Assembly (NCBI GenBank): GCA_038209745.1
Contig: JBBQXJ010000002.1
Coordinates: 73,644-137,643, forward strand
Reading direction: 5' to 3'
DNA: 64,000 bases
Source: Verrucomicrobiota bacterium
GTDB lineage: Bacteria; Verrucomicrobiota; Verrucomicrobiia; Limisphaerales; CANJSG01
Position numbers and translations under genes: made by a program. The notes under the pieces were generated by a model. That model saw only the letters and a program-made list of their open reading frames with translations, was not told the DNA's origin and ran no database searches. Below, piece by piece: positions 20,121-29,613 of this stretch (position 1 is its first letter; every line of letters starts with the position of its first letter).

Positions 20121-21110
20121 ATGAATTCCGGCATCACTGCCATCAACGACGAAGTCGAACGGGTTTCCGCCTTTGTTCGACCGCTTTTCAACGAAATGAG
20201 CCAGGTGATCGTCGGCCAGACCTATCTGGTCGAGCGCCTCGTCATCGGCCTGCTGGCCAATGGCCACGTCCTGCTGGAGGGCGTGCCCGGTCTGGCCAAG
20301 ACGCTGGCCGTCAAATCGCTCGCCCAATGCTTGAGCGTGAAGTTCTCCCGGCTCCAGTTCACCCCCGACCTGCTGCCGGCCGACCTCATCGGCACCCAGA
20401 TCTACAATCCCCAGAGCGGCGACTTCACCACCCGGCGCGGCCCCGTCTTCGCCAACATCGTGCTGGCCGACGAAATCAACCGCGCCCCGGCCAAGGTCCA
20501 GTCCGCATTGCTGGAAGCGATGCAGGAAAGGCAGGTCACCATCGGTGAAACCAGCTTCAAGCTGGACGAACCGTTCCTCGTGCTGGCCACGCAGAACCCC
20601 ATCGAACAGGAAGGCACCTACAACTTGCCCGAAGCGCAGGTAGACCGCTTCATGCTGAAGCTCAAGGTGACCTACCCCAGCCGCGCCGAGGAACGCCTGA
20701 TCCTCGATCTCATGGCCAAGACCGGCCCGCCGCCGCAGGTCAAACCCGTGGTCAGCGCGAAGGAGATCTTCGAGGCGCGCCACGTCCTGAACGAGATCTA
20801 CATCGACGACAAGGTGAAGGACTACATCGTGGACGTGGTCTGTGCCACGCGCGATCCCAAGGACTACAAGATCAACCTCGACGGGCTGATCCAGATGGGC
20901 GCCTCGCCCCGCGCCACCATCGCGCTGACGCTCGCCGCCAAGGCCTTCGCCTTTCTCAGGGGCCGCGGCTACGTGACCCCGCAGGACGTGAAGAGCATCG
21001 GTATGGACGTGCTCCGCCACCGCGTGACCGTGACCTACGAAGCCGAAGCCGAGGACAAGACCAGCGAGACGATCATCAACAAGATCTTCAGCGAACTGCC
21101 CGTGCCGTGA
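20121..21110 (+). CDS. MoxR-family AAA+ ATPase
   Basis: LLEGVPGLAKT, LADEINRA, ATQNPIEQEGTY, GASPRA. Confidence 0.96.
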   Translation: MNSGITAINDEVERVSAFVRPLFNEMSQVIVGQTYLVERLVIGLLANGHVLLEGVPGLAKTLAVKSLAQCLSVKFSRLQFTPDLLPADLIGTQIYNPQSGDFTTRRGPVFANIVLADEINRAPAKVQSALLEAMQERQVTIGETSFKLDEPFLVLATQNPIEQEGTYNLPEAQVDRFMLKLKVTYPSRAEERLILDLMAKTGPPPQVKPVVSAKEIFEARHVLNEIYIDDKVKDYIVDVVCATRDPKDYKINLDGLIQMGASPRATIALTLAAKAFAFLRGRGYVTPQDVKSIGMDVLRHRVTVTYEAEAEDKTSETIINKIFSELPVP

Positions 21111-21117
21111 GGAAAGA

Positions 21118-21648
21118 TTGAGCGATCTCATGCGCCGCCCGACGATCAAGGATATTGCGGTCTTTTATGACCGCGCGCTGGAATCCGAGCTTTGCCGAGA
21201 GTCAGAAATCGTAGAATGGGCGGATAGTTTGATCGTCGATTTTCAACATCCCATTCCTGACTGGCTTTTGGAACTTTCAACCAACAGAGACGGCACCAAA
21301 GCTTCGCTCTTGGCTGAGGTTCCAGGGGAATCAGATGAGGACACGGTATGGAACCTAATCTCCGTTCGGCTCTCACAAGGATATCGGAACGGGTATTTTA
21401 CCAACCAGGTTGTGGTCCGAAGACTGTATCTTTGGACTATTAGCGAAGAGCTTCCAGACGAGCTGGCGGCTACGGTTTACCAGTTGGACCACGATTATGG
21501 TGGTGTTGTTGATGGCTGGAATTTCGTTGGGAAATTTGAATCAGACCTCAATCGCTTCTTAAGCCGATTCCAGATGGCGGAAGAGTTTTTCAGCTCATTG
21601 GACTGCTGGGTTCTGAAAACACTGAGCAACCCTCGTTCTACGAAATGA
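21118..21648 (+). CDS. Hypothetical protein, visibly lower GC than flanks
   Basis: 176-aa ORF; stop overlaps the next ATG (ATGA); start may be ATG 21130. Confidence 0.7.
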   Translation: MSDLMRRPTIKDIAVFYDRALESELCRESEIVEWADSLIVDFQHPIPDWLLELSTNRDGTKASLLAEVPGESDEDTVWNLISVRLSQGYRNGYFTNQVVVRRLYLWTISEELPDELAATVYQLDHDYGGVVDGWNFVGKFESDLNRFLSRFQMAEEFFSSLDCWVLKTLSNPRSTK

Positions 21649-21778
21649 TCCCCAAGGAAATCCTCCGCAAGATCCGCCAGATCGAGATCCGGTCCAACCG
21701 GCTCGTGAGCGAGTCGGTCGCGGGCGCGTATCACAGCGTCTTCCAGGGGCAGGAGATGAACTTCGGTGAGGCCCGGGA
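21645..21778 (+). repeat. Direct duplicate of the DUF58 gene 5' end (other copy from 22239)
   Basis: About 130 bp near-identical: MIPKEILRKIRQIEIRSNRLVSESVAGAYHSVF in both copies. Confidence 0.95.
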
Positions 21779-22229
21779 CTGCGGGCAGACTAAGAGCCTG
21801 TCTGCAAAGGCGGGGTGCTTCCGAAACCCGGAGGGTTTCCAGACGGTAGCCGGAGGTCGAAATGCAATGCAGACCTCCGGTATCCGGCGAGCGAGCGCGC
21901 CGCATCCCGGAGGGATGCCAGAAACCACCGAGAATGGGGACGTGAATGACGGACAAGGAGCGGTCTTGCACCCCTCCGGGGTGCCTTGGCGTCGCGTCGC
22001 GGCACCGGAGGTCTGCGCTGCGCTGCGACCTCCGGCTACCGTCTGCCAGCCCTCCGGGCTGCTGGCCGAGGAAATCTTTCGCCGAAAGCAGGCGTCCCGC
22101 CGAGAGGCGGCGCAACTGCCCATCGAAGAGAAGCTCCGCATCTTGGTCGAGATGCAGAAACGGGCGAATGAAGTGAGAAGAGCGACCGGTCGGCCCGAGA
22201 TGTTTGTTTGGGAACTGCTTAATAGTTGA
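21645..22229 (+). CDS. Chimeric ORF: DUF58 N-terminal copy + REP-derived linker + small helical protein
   Basis: Open for 194 aa; C-terminal LAEEIFRRKQASRREAAQLPIEEKLRILVEMQKR looks like an independent small protein. Confidence 0.45.
   Translation: MIPKEILRKIRQIEIRSNRLVSESVAGAYHSVFQGQEMNFGEARDCGQTKSLSAKAGCFRNPEGFQTVAGGRNAMQTSGIRRASAPHPGGMPETTENGDVNDGQGAVLHPSGVPWRRVAAPEVCAALRPPATVCQPSGLLAEEIFRRKQASRREAAQLPIEEKLRILVEMQKRANEVRRATGRPEMFVWELLNS
21827..22058. repeat. Long REP/MITE-like inverted-repeat element
   Basis: cccggaggg..cagacggtagccggaggtcg..gcagacctccgg left arm mirrored at about 22005-22058; inner hairpins. Confidence 0.85.
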
Positions 22230-22238
22230 TCTGAAGCC

Positions 22239-23183
22239 ATGATCCCCAAGGAAATCCTCCGCAAGATCCGCCAGATCGAGATCCGGTCCAACCGGCTTGT
22301 GAGCGAGTCGGTCGCGGGCGCGTATCACAGCGTCTTCAAGGGGCAGGGGATGAACTTCGACGAGGTGCGGGAATACCAGCCCGGCGACGATGTCCGCGCC
22401 ATCGACTGGAACGTCACCGCCCGCACCAGCACGCCGCATATCAAGAAGTTCGTCGAAGAACGCGAGCTGACCGTCATGCTGGTCGTGGATGTCAGCGCTT
22501 CGGGTCGGTTCGGGTCGGTGGACCGTTCCAAGCGCGAGGTCGCGGCCGAGATCGCGGCGGTGCTGGCCTTTTCCGCCATCCGCAACAACGACAAGGTGGG
22601 CGTGATCCTCTTCAGCGACCGGGTGGAGAGATACATTCCGCCGAAGAAGGGTCGCCGCCATGTGCTGCGCGTGATCCGGGACGTGCTGTTCTTCGAACCT
22701 GCCCATACGGGCACGAACCTGACAGAGGCGTTGCGGTTCCTCCAACGGGTCTGCACCCGCAAAGCCATCTCGGTGGTCATCTCGGATTTCCTTGGGCACC
22801 ACCAAGCGGAGGTCGATGCGCCGCCGCGCGGTTCGTTGCTGATGCGGGAAACGCTGGCTTCGGCAGCCTTGCCGGCGCTGCGGCGGACGAACCGCAAGCA
22901 CGACGTGGTCGCGATCCAGATCGTGGACCGGTTCGAGCTGGAACTGCCGGCCGTCGGACTGCTGGAATTGGAGGACGCGGAGACGGGCGAACTGGTGGAG
23001 ATCAACACGAACGATTCGCGGAAGCGGGAGAGCTTTAAGAAGAAACAGCTGGAGTCGCTGGATCAGACGCTGCGCACGCTGCGCTCGGCCCGGATCGACA
23101 CCATCCAGCTCCGCAGCAACGAGGACTACGCACCGAAGCTGGCGCAGTTCTTCGAGACCCGCGAACGCCGGCTGAGGCATTGA
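22239..23183 (+). CDS. DUF58 domain protein (MoxR-associated)
   Basis: GMNFDEVREYQPGDDVRAIDWNVTAR, VISDF. Confidence 0.95.
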   Translation: MIPKEILRKIRQIEIRSNRLVSESVAGAYHSVFKGQGMNFDEVREYQPGDDVRAIDWNVTARTSTPHIKKFVEERELTVMLVVDVSASGRFGSVDRSKREVAAEIAAVLAFSAIRNNDKVGVILFSDRVERYIPPKKGRRHVLRVIRDVLFFEPAHTGTNLTEALRFLQRVCTRKAISVVISDFLGHHQAEVDAPPRGSLLMRETLASAALPALRRTNRKHDVVAIQIVDRFELELPAVGLLELEDAETGELVEINTNDSRKRESFKKKQLESLDQTLRTLRSARIDTIQLRSNEDYAPKLAQFFETRERRLRH

Positions 23184-23190
23184 CCAATTG

Positions 23191-23395
23191 AACCGCAGAT
23201 GAACGCAGACGAACGCAGAATGAAGACGGGGGAGGGTAGGGCGATGGCTCGTGCCAAGCCGCCTAGTGGCCTTCGGTCATCCAGACCGCTTCTCTGGCAA
23301 CCGGAACGGGGCGAATCACGCCCAACACTCCACGGGATTGTCTCGCTTGATAGGACTTCGTCCCGAGGCGGCTCGGCCGGAGCCGTCGCCCTATC
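23191..23395. repeat. 10-bp periodic repeat plus GGTAG REP doublet
   Basis: aaccgcagat gaacgcagac gaacgcaga; ggtagggcgatggctc..agccgcc (23235) / ggcggctc..gagccgtcgccctatc (23395). Confidence 0.75.
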
Positions 23396-23411
23396 TCGGT
23401 TTGCCTGAACC

Positions 23412-24014
23412 ATGGCCAGCAATTCCCCAGCGATCATCGTTCCTCCACCCGCGCCGCCCGGAATGACCAATATGGTCGCCGTGCAGGACGGACTGCGCGA
23501 TATCGTGCCGCCGGTCTACATCTTCGACAAATGGGGCTGGGTCATCGCCGGCGGCGTGCTCTTCGTCCTGTTGGTCGCCGGGATTCTCTACCTGGCGCTG
23601 CGCAAGAAGCCGCTCTTCCCGCCGCCGTTGCCCCTCATCATTCCTCCCCATGAACGCGCCCGGCAGAAGCTGTCCGCCGCGCTGGACATGCTGGATCGCC
23701 CCAAACCCTTTTGCGTCCTCGTCTCGGACGCGGTCCGCCTCTATCTGGAGGAACGGTTCGAACTGCGGGCGCCCGAGCGCACGACGGAAGAGTTTCTCTT
23801 CGAGCTGCGGTCCAAGCCCGTTCTTTCCCACGCTCAGAAACAGAGCCTCGGCGAGTTCCTGGAACAGTGCGATCTGGTGAAGTTCGCCCGGCTCGAACCA
23901 ACCCCGGAGCAGCTCCAGCCGCTCTATGAAGCCGCGCTGCGGTTGATCGATGAAACGAGCCCGATGGCTCCCGCGGCGGTCAAGGCGCCCGCAGAATTGT
24001 CCTCCGCCAAATGA
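23412..24014 (+). CDS. Single-TM Bat-operon protein (DUF4381-like)
   Basis: LRDIVPP, TM segment, RLYLEERF, ERTTEEF, CDLVKFA. Confidence 0.8.
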   Translation: MASNSPAIIVPPPAPPGMTNMVAVQDGLRDIVPPVYIFDKWGWVIAGGVLFVLLVAGILYLALRKKPLFPPPLPLIIPPHERARQKLSAALDMLDRPKPFCVLVSDAVRLYLEERFELRAPERTTEEFLFELRSKPVLSHAQKQSLGEFLEQCDLVKFARLEPTPEQLQPLYEAALRLIDETSPMAPAAVKAPAELSSAK

Positions 24015-25009
24015 CCTTCGCATATCCATGGGCCCTGCTCTTCCTCCTGCTCCTGCCGGTCTTGGCTTGGTGGAAGGGAAAGCGCGCCCGCCGCACGGCG
24101 TTCGTCTATTCGTCGGTCCAGTTGGTGAAGTCGATCGCCGCGCTGCGAAAATCACGGGCGAGCAAGATCCTGGCGGGGTTGCGCTGGCTGGTGCTGGCGC
24201 TGCTGATCGTGGCGCTGGCCCGGCCCCGCTTGGTCGAGGGCCGTTCCAATGTGAAGGCCAGCGGCATCGACATCGTGGTGGCGATGGATCTTTCGCTGAG
24301 CATGGGCTCGGAGGATTTCCAGGAGAACGGCCAGCGGGTCAACCGGCTCTACATCGCCCAGAAGGTCCTTAAGAAGTTCATCGAAGGCCGGCCGAACGAC
24401 CGCATCGGGTTGGTCGCTTTTTCGGGCAAAGCCTACCTGGTGACGCCGCCCACCTTGGACCATGATTTCCTCCAGCAAAACGTGGAACGGTTGAATCTGG
24501 ACACGATCAAGGAGGCCGGCACCGCGATCGGTCTCGGACTCAGCGCCGCGCTGAACCGGCTCCGGGAACTGGATTCCAAAAGCCGCATCGTCATCCTGAT
24601 GACCGACGGCCAGAACAACACCGGCAAGGTCACGCCCTTGACCGCGGCGGACGCCGCCAAGGCGCTCAAGGTGAAGGTCTACACCATCGGCGTCGGCACG
24701 CGCGGATTGGCGCCCATGCCGTATCCCACCGGAAACGGCGGTAAGATCTACCAGATGGAGCCGGTGGATATCGACGAGGCGCAGTTGACCGAGATCGCGA
24801 ACCGCACGGGCGGCCGCTACTACCGCGCCGACACGACCGAGACGATGGAGCGGATCTACAAGGAGATCGACCAGTTGGAGAAGACTGAGATCGAGATGAA
24901 GAAGTTCCAGCGCTACACCGAGCTGTTCCCCTTCGTGCTCGCCGCCGGCCTGTTCATCCTGCTGTTGGAAGTCGGACTGGGGAACACCGTCTGGAGGAGA
25001 CTGCCGTGA
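24011..25009 (+). CDS. VWA domain membrane protein (BatA-like)
   Basis: MTFAYPW, MIDAS DLSLSM, GTAIG, LMTDG, VYTIGVG. Confidence 0.92.
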   Translation: MTFAYPWALLFLLLLPVLAWWKGKRARRTAFVYSSVQLVKSIAALRKSRASKILAGLRWLVLALLIVALARPRLVEGRSNVKASGIDIVVAMDLSLSMGSEDFQENGQRVNRLYIAQKVLKKFIEGRPNDRIGLVAFSGKAYLVTPPTLDHDFLQQNVERLNLDTIKEAGTAIGLGLSAALNRLRELDSKSRIVILMTDGQNNTGKVTPLTAADAAKALKVKVYTIGVGTRGLAPMPYPTGNGGKIYQMEPVDIDEAQLTEIANRTGGRYYRADTTETMERIYKEIDQLEKTEIEMKKFQRYTELFPFVLAAGLFILLLEVGLGNTVWRRLP

Positions 25010-25013
25010 ATGG

Positions 25014-25114
25014 AATGACGAACTGCGAGGACCAAAGGCCGAAAAAGGGAAAAGAACTCAGCGCGACGGCCTGTCCGTTTCACATGCGGATTTTGACCTT
25101 CGGCCTTCGTCATT
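25014..25114. repeat. Short inverted element with heptad-like arms
   Basis: aatgacgaa ... ccttcggccttcgtcatt between the batA- and batB-like genes. Confidence 0.5.
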
Positions 25115-25120
25115 AAAAAA

Positions 25121-27091
25121 ATGCACTTTGCCCATTCAGAACTGCTTTGGCTCGTGGTGACCGTCGGTCCACTGATGGCCGTGTTCCTCTGGTGGTCGTG
25201 GCGGCGCCGGAAACGGCTGATGCTGGAGTTTGTGCCGCAGCGGTTGCTCGCGGCCTTGACCGTCGGGTTCGATGCCGCGGTGGAGCGTCGACGATTGGCG
25301 CTGCTGGTGGTGGCCGTCGGGCTGCTGCTGGTGGCGGTCGCGCGGCCGCAATGGGGCCTGGTCTGGGAAGAGACCGTCACCCAGGGACGCGACATCCTCG
25401 TGGCCGTCGACGCGTCGAAGTCGATGCTGGCGATGGACGCGCCCCCGACGGACCGCTTGACCCGGGCGAAGCTCGCCGCGCTCGATCTGGCGCACATCGC
25501 CAAGTCGGATCGGTTCGGCCTGATCGCCTTTGCCGGTTCGGCCTTTCTCCAATGTCCGCTGACGCTGGACGAGTTCGCCTTTTCCCAGAGCGTGAACGCG
25601 ATCGACGCCGACATCATCCCCCAGGGCGGCACGGCCTTGGCCGAGGCGATCGATGCGGCGGTGAGGGCGTTCGACAAGAGCGGCGACAACCATCGCGTCC
25701 TGGTGATGCTGACCGACGGCGAAGACCATGAAGACGGTGTGAAGGACGCCATCCGCAAAGCGCAGAAAGCGGGCCTCAAGATCTTCACCGTCGGCGTCGG
25801 CACCCCCGAGGGCGAGGTCATCCGCATCCCGGACGAGCAGGGAAACATGGGATTCCTCCGGGACGAGCAGGGGAACGCGGTCAAATCCAGGCTGAACGAG
25901 GCGTTGCTGAAAGAGATCGCCACCGATACGGGCGGCTTCTATCTGCCGCTTTCCGGTGCGCGGCCGATGGAGACGCTCTTCAAGAAGGGGATCGAGCTGT
26001 TGCCGAAGTCCGAATCCGCGTCGAAAATGACCCGAAGCTACCGCGAGCAGTTCCACTGGTTCGTGCTCGTCGCGGTGGCGGCACTGATCGCCGAAATGTT
26101 CTGGAGAGGAAAACCGAAGCTCGAAGGCCACGAAGCGGCGCCGAAGAAGGATTGGATCCTGACGGCGCCGACTGTCGTTGCGCTGGCCTTCCTGCTGTGC
26201 GGCGTCAACGCGAAGGCGGCGCCATCCGAGGCGCTCCGGGATTTCAAGGAAGGCGAATACGGAAAGTCCCAGGCCGAATACGAGCGGCTGTTGGAGGAGC
26301 GGACGAAGGCCGGCAAGGAAGACGAAAAGGTGGCCAAGCTGGAGTTCAACGCGGGTTCGGCCGCCTACAAGGCCGGCGATTTGGAGAAAGCGCGCCGGCA
26401 CTTCGTCATGTCCGCCGGAGCCGAGGATCTGGCGCTGCAACAGGAATCCTACTACAACCTCGGCAACACGGTCTTTCGTCAGGGCGAAGCGTCGTCGGAT
26501 CTGGAGGAGCGCGAGATTTATTGGGAGGACTCCATCCGCAACCTCAAGAACGCCGTCCAGCTCGATGAAAAAGACCCCGACGCGAAACACAATCTCGCCT
26601 TCGCCGAAAAGCGGCTCGAACTCCTGAAGAAGAAGCTCGACGAGATGGCCGCCCAGCAGGACAAGCAGAACGAGGGTCAACAAGGAAAGCAGGGGCAGAA
26701 GTCCGGACGGCGAAATCGTCGGGATCGAAAGCAGCAAGGGCAGCAGCAACCGGGTCAGAATCCGGGCGATCAGAACCAGCAAGGCTCCGGCCGACGCAAC
26801 CAGAAAGAGGATGGCGGCGGCGACAAGAAGGAAGAAAAGAAGGATTCTGGCGGCGGGGAGAAAGACCAACAGGGCAAGGAGGGTGGCGACAAGCAAGAGG
26901 GGGAAAACGGAGAGGGCTCCAGCCGGGATTCCGAGAGCGCCAGCGACCGCGCCGCGATGGCCATGGGCGTGATGACTCCGAAACAGGCGCAGCAGCTCCT
27001 TGAAGCCATGAAAGCCGAGGAGAAATCGATCATCTTCTTGCCGCCTCAAAAGGGTGGGAAACCCCCGCAACATCCGGTCAAGGACTGGTAG
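25121..27091 (+). CDS. VWA + TPR fusion protein (BatB/BatC-like)
   Basis: DASKSM, LTDGED; TPR YYNLGN; Q/K/G-rich tail ending KDW. Confidence 0.9.
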   Translation: MHFAHSELLWLVVTVGPLMAVFLWWSWRRRKRLMLEFVPQRLLAALTVGFDAAVERRRLALLVVAVGLLLVAVARPQWGLVWEETVTQGRDILVAVDASKSMLAMDAPPTDRLTRAKLAALDLAHIAKSDRFGLIAFAGSAFLQCPLTLDEFAFSQSVNAIDADIIPQGGTALAEAIDAAVRAFDKSGDNHRVLVMLTDGEDHEDGVKDAIRKAQKAGLKIFTVGVGTPEGEVIRIPDEQGNMGFLRDEQGNAVKSRLNEALLKEIATDTGGFYLPLSGARPMETLFKKGIELLPKSESASKMTRSYREQFHWFVLVAVAALIAEMFWRGKPKLEGHEAAPKKDWILTAPTVVALAFLLCGVNAKAAPSEALRDFKEGEYGKSQAEYERLLEERTKAGKEDEKVAKLEFNAGSAAYKAGDLEKARRHFVMSAGAEDLALQQESYYNLGNTVFRQGEASSDLEEREIYWEDSIRNLKNAVQLDEKDPDAKHNLAFAEKRLELLKKKLDEMAAQQDKQNEGQQGKQGQKSGRRNRRDRKQQGQQQPGQNPGDQNQQGSGRRNQKEDGGGDKKEEKKDSGGGEKDQQGKEGGDKQEGENGEGSSRDSESASDRAAMAMGVMTPKQAQQLLEAMKAEEKSIIFLPPQKGGKPPQHPVKDW

Positions 27092-27170
27092 CCACGGGGG
27101 CTCCGGAAGTCGGGCCTGAAAACGCTTGTTCCGGTGCCCGCACCGGTCCGATTCTTCGCGACTTGGCCGC

Positions 27171-28061
27171 ATGAAGAAACCAGCACGTTCCAGCAGCTCC
27201 CCCACGCCCCGCATCGGTATCATCGGTGGCAGCGGCCTGTATCACATCGAGGGATTCACCCACCAGAAATGGGTCGCGGTGAAGACGCCTTTCGGACCGC
27301 CGTCCGACGAACTTTTGACGGGCAACCTTGCGGGACGAGAGATTGTCTTCCTGCCGCGCCACGGCCGGGGCCATCGCCTCTTGCCAACGGAGCTCAACCA
27401 CCGCGCCAATCTCTGGGCGATGCGCAGCCTCGGCGTCCGCTGGATCATCAGCGTCAGCGCCGTCGGCTCCCTCCAGAAGCGCTACAAACCCTGCGACATC
27501 GTCTTGCCGGACCAGTTCTACGACCGGACGAAACAGTCGTTGAACCATACGTTCTTCGGCCGCGGCATTGTGGGCCACGTCGCCTTTGCGGATCCAATCT
27601 GCGAGGAACTGCGGCGGCTGCTTCTGGCGGAAGCCAAGGCGGCTGAGGCGCGCGTCCACGACGGCGGCACCTACGTGAACATGGAAGGACCGGCGTTCAG
27701 CACGCGGGCGGAATCGATCTTCAACCACAAGGCCGGTTTCGACGTGGTCGGAATGACGAATCTGGGCGAGGCCAAGTGCGCCCGGGAGGCCGAGATCGGC
27801 TATGCCACGATGGCCATGATCACCGACTACGACTGTTGGAAGGCGGACGAAGCCCACGTAACCGTCGAGATGGTGCTCGAGAATCTGAAGCGGAACGCGG
27901 AGACGGCGAAGCGGATCGTCGCCGGGGTTGTTCCCAAGATTCCGACGGTGGCCGACTGGCCGTGCCACTCCGCGTTGAAGAACGCGATCATGACCGAGCC
28001 GAAGCTCTGGCCGAAGAAGACGGTGGCCGAGCTCAAGCCATTGTTGGCAAACTACCTCTAA
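27171..28061 (+). CDS. mtnP: S-methyl-5'-thioadenosine phosphorylase
   Basis: IGIIGGSGLY, LPRHGRGH, EGPAFSTRAES, TDYDCW. Confidence 0.95.
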   Translation: MKKPARSSSSPTPRIGIIGGSGLYHIEGFTHQKWVAVKTPFGPPSDELLTGNLAGREIVFLPRHGRGHRLLPTELNHRANLWAMRSLGVRWIISVSAVGSLQKRYKPCDIVLPDQFYDRTKQSLNHTFFGRGIVGHVAFADPICEELRRLLLAEAKAAEARVHDGGTYVNMEGPAFSTRAESIFNHKAGFDVVGMTNLGEAKCAREAEIGYATMAMITDYDCWKADEAHVTVEMVLENLKRNAETAKRIVAGVVPKIPTVADWPCHSALKNAIMTEPKLWPKKTVAELKPLLANYL

Positions 28062-28083
28062 TGCCCGGAAAACGTTCCCGATC

Positions 28084-28563
28084 GTGAACAAGAAGACACT
28101 GTTGCAAAAGATCGTCGCGCGCCTCGCCGACGAGGTCGTTCTCTATACCAAGGCGGCCAGAGCCGCCTTCGAAGAGGCGACGGACGAGCAGAGCCGCGCG
28201 GACAACAAATACGACACCCGCAGTCTGGAGGCATCGTATCTGGCCCGGGGCCAGGCGCAGCAGCTCGCCGACACCGAGCAGGCGCTGTTGGAGTTCAAGA
28301 ACATGGTGCTCCGCGACCTCGGCCCCCAAGACCGCGTCGAGATGGGAGCGCTGGTGGAGCTGACGGGCAAGAAAGAGAAGGCGATGTATTTTGTGGGTCC
28401 AAAGGCGGGAGGCACGGAGATCGAACAGGATGGCCAAGAGGTCATGGTCATCACGCCCCAATCGCCTCTCGGGCGCCAGATCGTGGGAAGAAAGCAGGGG
28501 GAAACGCTCCAGCTTGAGGTCGGCGCGACCAAGGTCGCCTACAAGGTGACGGCCGTGAGCTGA
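28084..28563 (+). CDS. GreA/GreB family elongation factor-like protein
   Basis: NKYDTRSLEASYLARGQ, VITPQSPLG. Confidence 0.85.
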   Translation: MNKKTLLQKIVARLADEVVLYTKAARAAFEEATDEQSRADNKYDTRSLEASYLARGQAQQLADTEQALLEFKNMVLRDLGPQDRVEMGALVELTGKKEKAMYFVGPKAGGTEIEQDGQEVMVITPQSPLGRQIVGRKQGETLQLEVGATKVAYKVTAVS

Positions 28564-28595
28564 TCAGGTATCCGAGGCGGGGAATGACGGCGCGG

Positions 28596-29585
28596 CTATT
28601 TCCGCGACTCGGTGGTTTGGGCGGGTGGAGCGTTGGTCGTCGCGGTGGCGGCGAGGCCTTCAACGATCCGTTCGCCCAACCGCTTCTTCAACGAGGCATA
28701 CATCTCGTTCGTCACCAGCGAGAGCTGTGCCGACGCTTCATCGAACCGTTTGAGGTTCAGCTGGCATCGGGCCAGATGGATGCGGACCCCTTCTCGCTCG
28801 ATGTCGTCACCGGCCACCTTGAGAGCCTCGTTCCAAGCGACGATGCCGTCTTGGTAGCGAGGTGGCTTGGTGCCGTAGAAGCTGTTCGCGTAGTCGGTGG
28901 CGAGGATGAAGTTGGTCGGGTCCAGCGAAACGGCTTTCCGGTAGAGGCCCAGCGATTTGTCGAAGACGCCCGTTTCGTCGAGTCCGTAGAACGACATCGC
29001 GTCCACCCGGAAGAGGTAGACGGTCGTGGCCAGGTTCCACACGTAGACCGCTTCCTTCGGGTTCAGATCGATGGCTTTGGCGTAGTAGACGAAGGCATTG
29101 GTGACGGGACTCCGGTGCCCATAATAATTCGCCAGATTGTTCCAGACGGCTGGATTTGAAGGGTCCAGCTCGCGGGCCTTTTCCCAATGGTCCACGCCTC
29201 CGTCTTCGTCGGACAGATCGTGGAGGAAACTTCCGTAGGCCAGGTGGGCGCGGGCATGTTTAGGGTGAAGATCGAGGAAGTCCTTGTAGGCCTTGTCCAC
29301 GATGGCGAGCCGCTGTTGGATGCGTGCCTTGAGGTTGGCCTTGGACGGGCCAGCGCCCGCTTTCTCGAACTCGGCGGATTCCTTGATCCACTGGTCGATC
29401 TCGTCGTGCGCTTGGTCGTCGTCCACGAGCAGCTTCTGGTAGGACGCTTCCACGGGATCGTTCGTGGAAACCACCGACGAGGCCGGGGCGGCGGGAGCAA
29501 CGACCGTTTCCGCACCAATCCCGCGTCCCGCGCAGAGACAAACCAGAACAAGCCACAGGGACAGGAATCTGGGGAACAAGGTCAT
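28596..29585 (-). CDS. Secreted TPR protein
   Basis: Signal peptide; KARELDPSNPAVWNNLANYY, KAIDLNP. Confidence 0.85.
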   Translation of the reverse strand: MTLFPRFLSLWLVLVCLCAGRGIGAETVVAPAAPASSVVSTNDPVEASYQKLLVDDDQAHDEIDQWIKESAEFEKAGAGPSKANLKARIQQRLAIVDKAYKDFLDLHPKHARAHLAYGSFLHDLSDEDGGVDHWEKARELDPSNPAVWNNLANYYGHRSPVTNAFVYYAKAIDLNPKEAVYVWNLATTVYLFRVDAMSFYGLDETGVFDKSLGLYRKAVSLDPTNFILATDYANSFYGTKPPRYQDGIVAWNEALKVAGDDIEREGVRIHLARCQLNLKRFDEASAQLSLVTNEMYASLKKRLGERIVEGLAATATTNAPPAQTTESRK

Positions 29586-29613
29586 GGTGCGGAGCGCCCC
29601 GAGGGCGCGACGA

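Noticed and set aside
21645..22372. Duplicated segment as a diversity-generating retroelement TR/VR pair
   Set aside because: No reverse transcriptase in the window, mismatches are not confined to adenines, and the repeat is at a gene 5' end.
23191..23219. Short periodic repeats as a possible CRISPR array
   Set aside because: 10-bp units without spacers, and no cas genes in the window.
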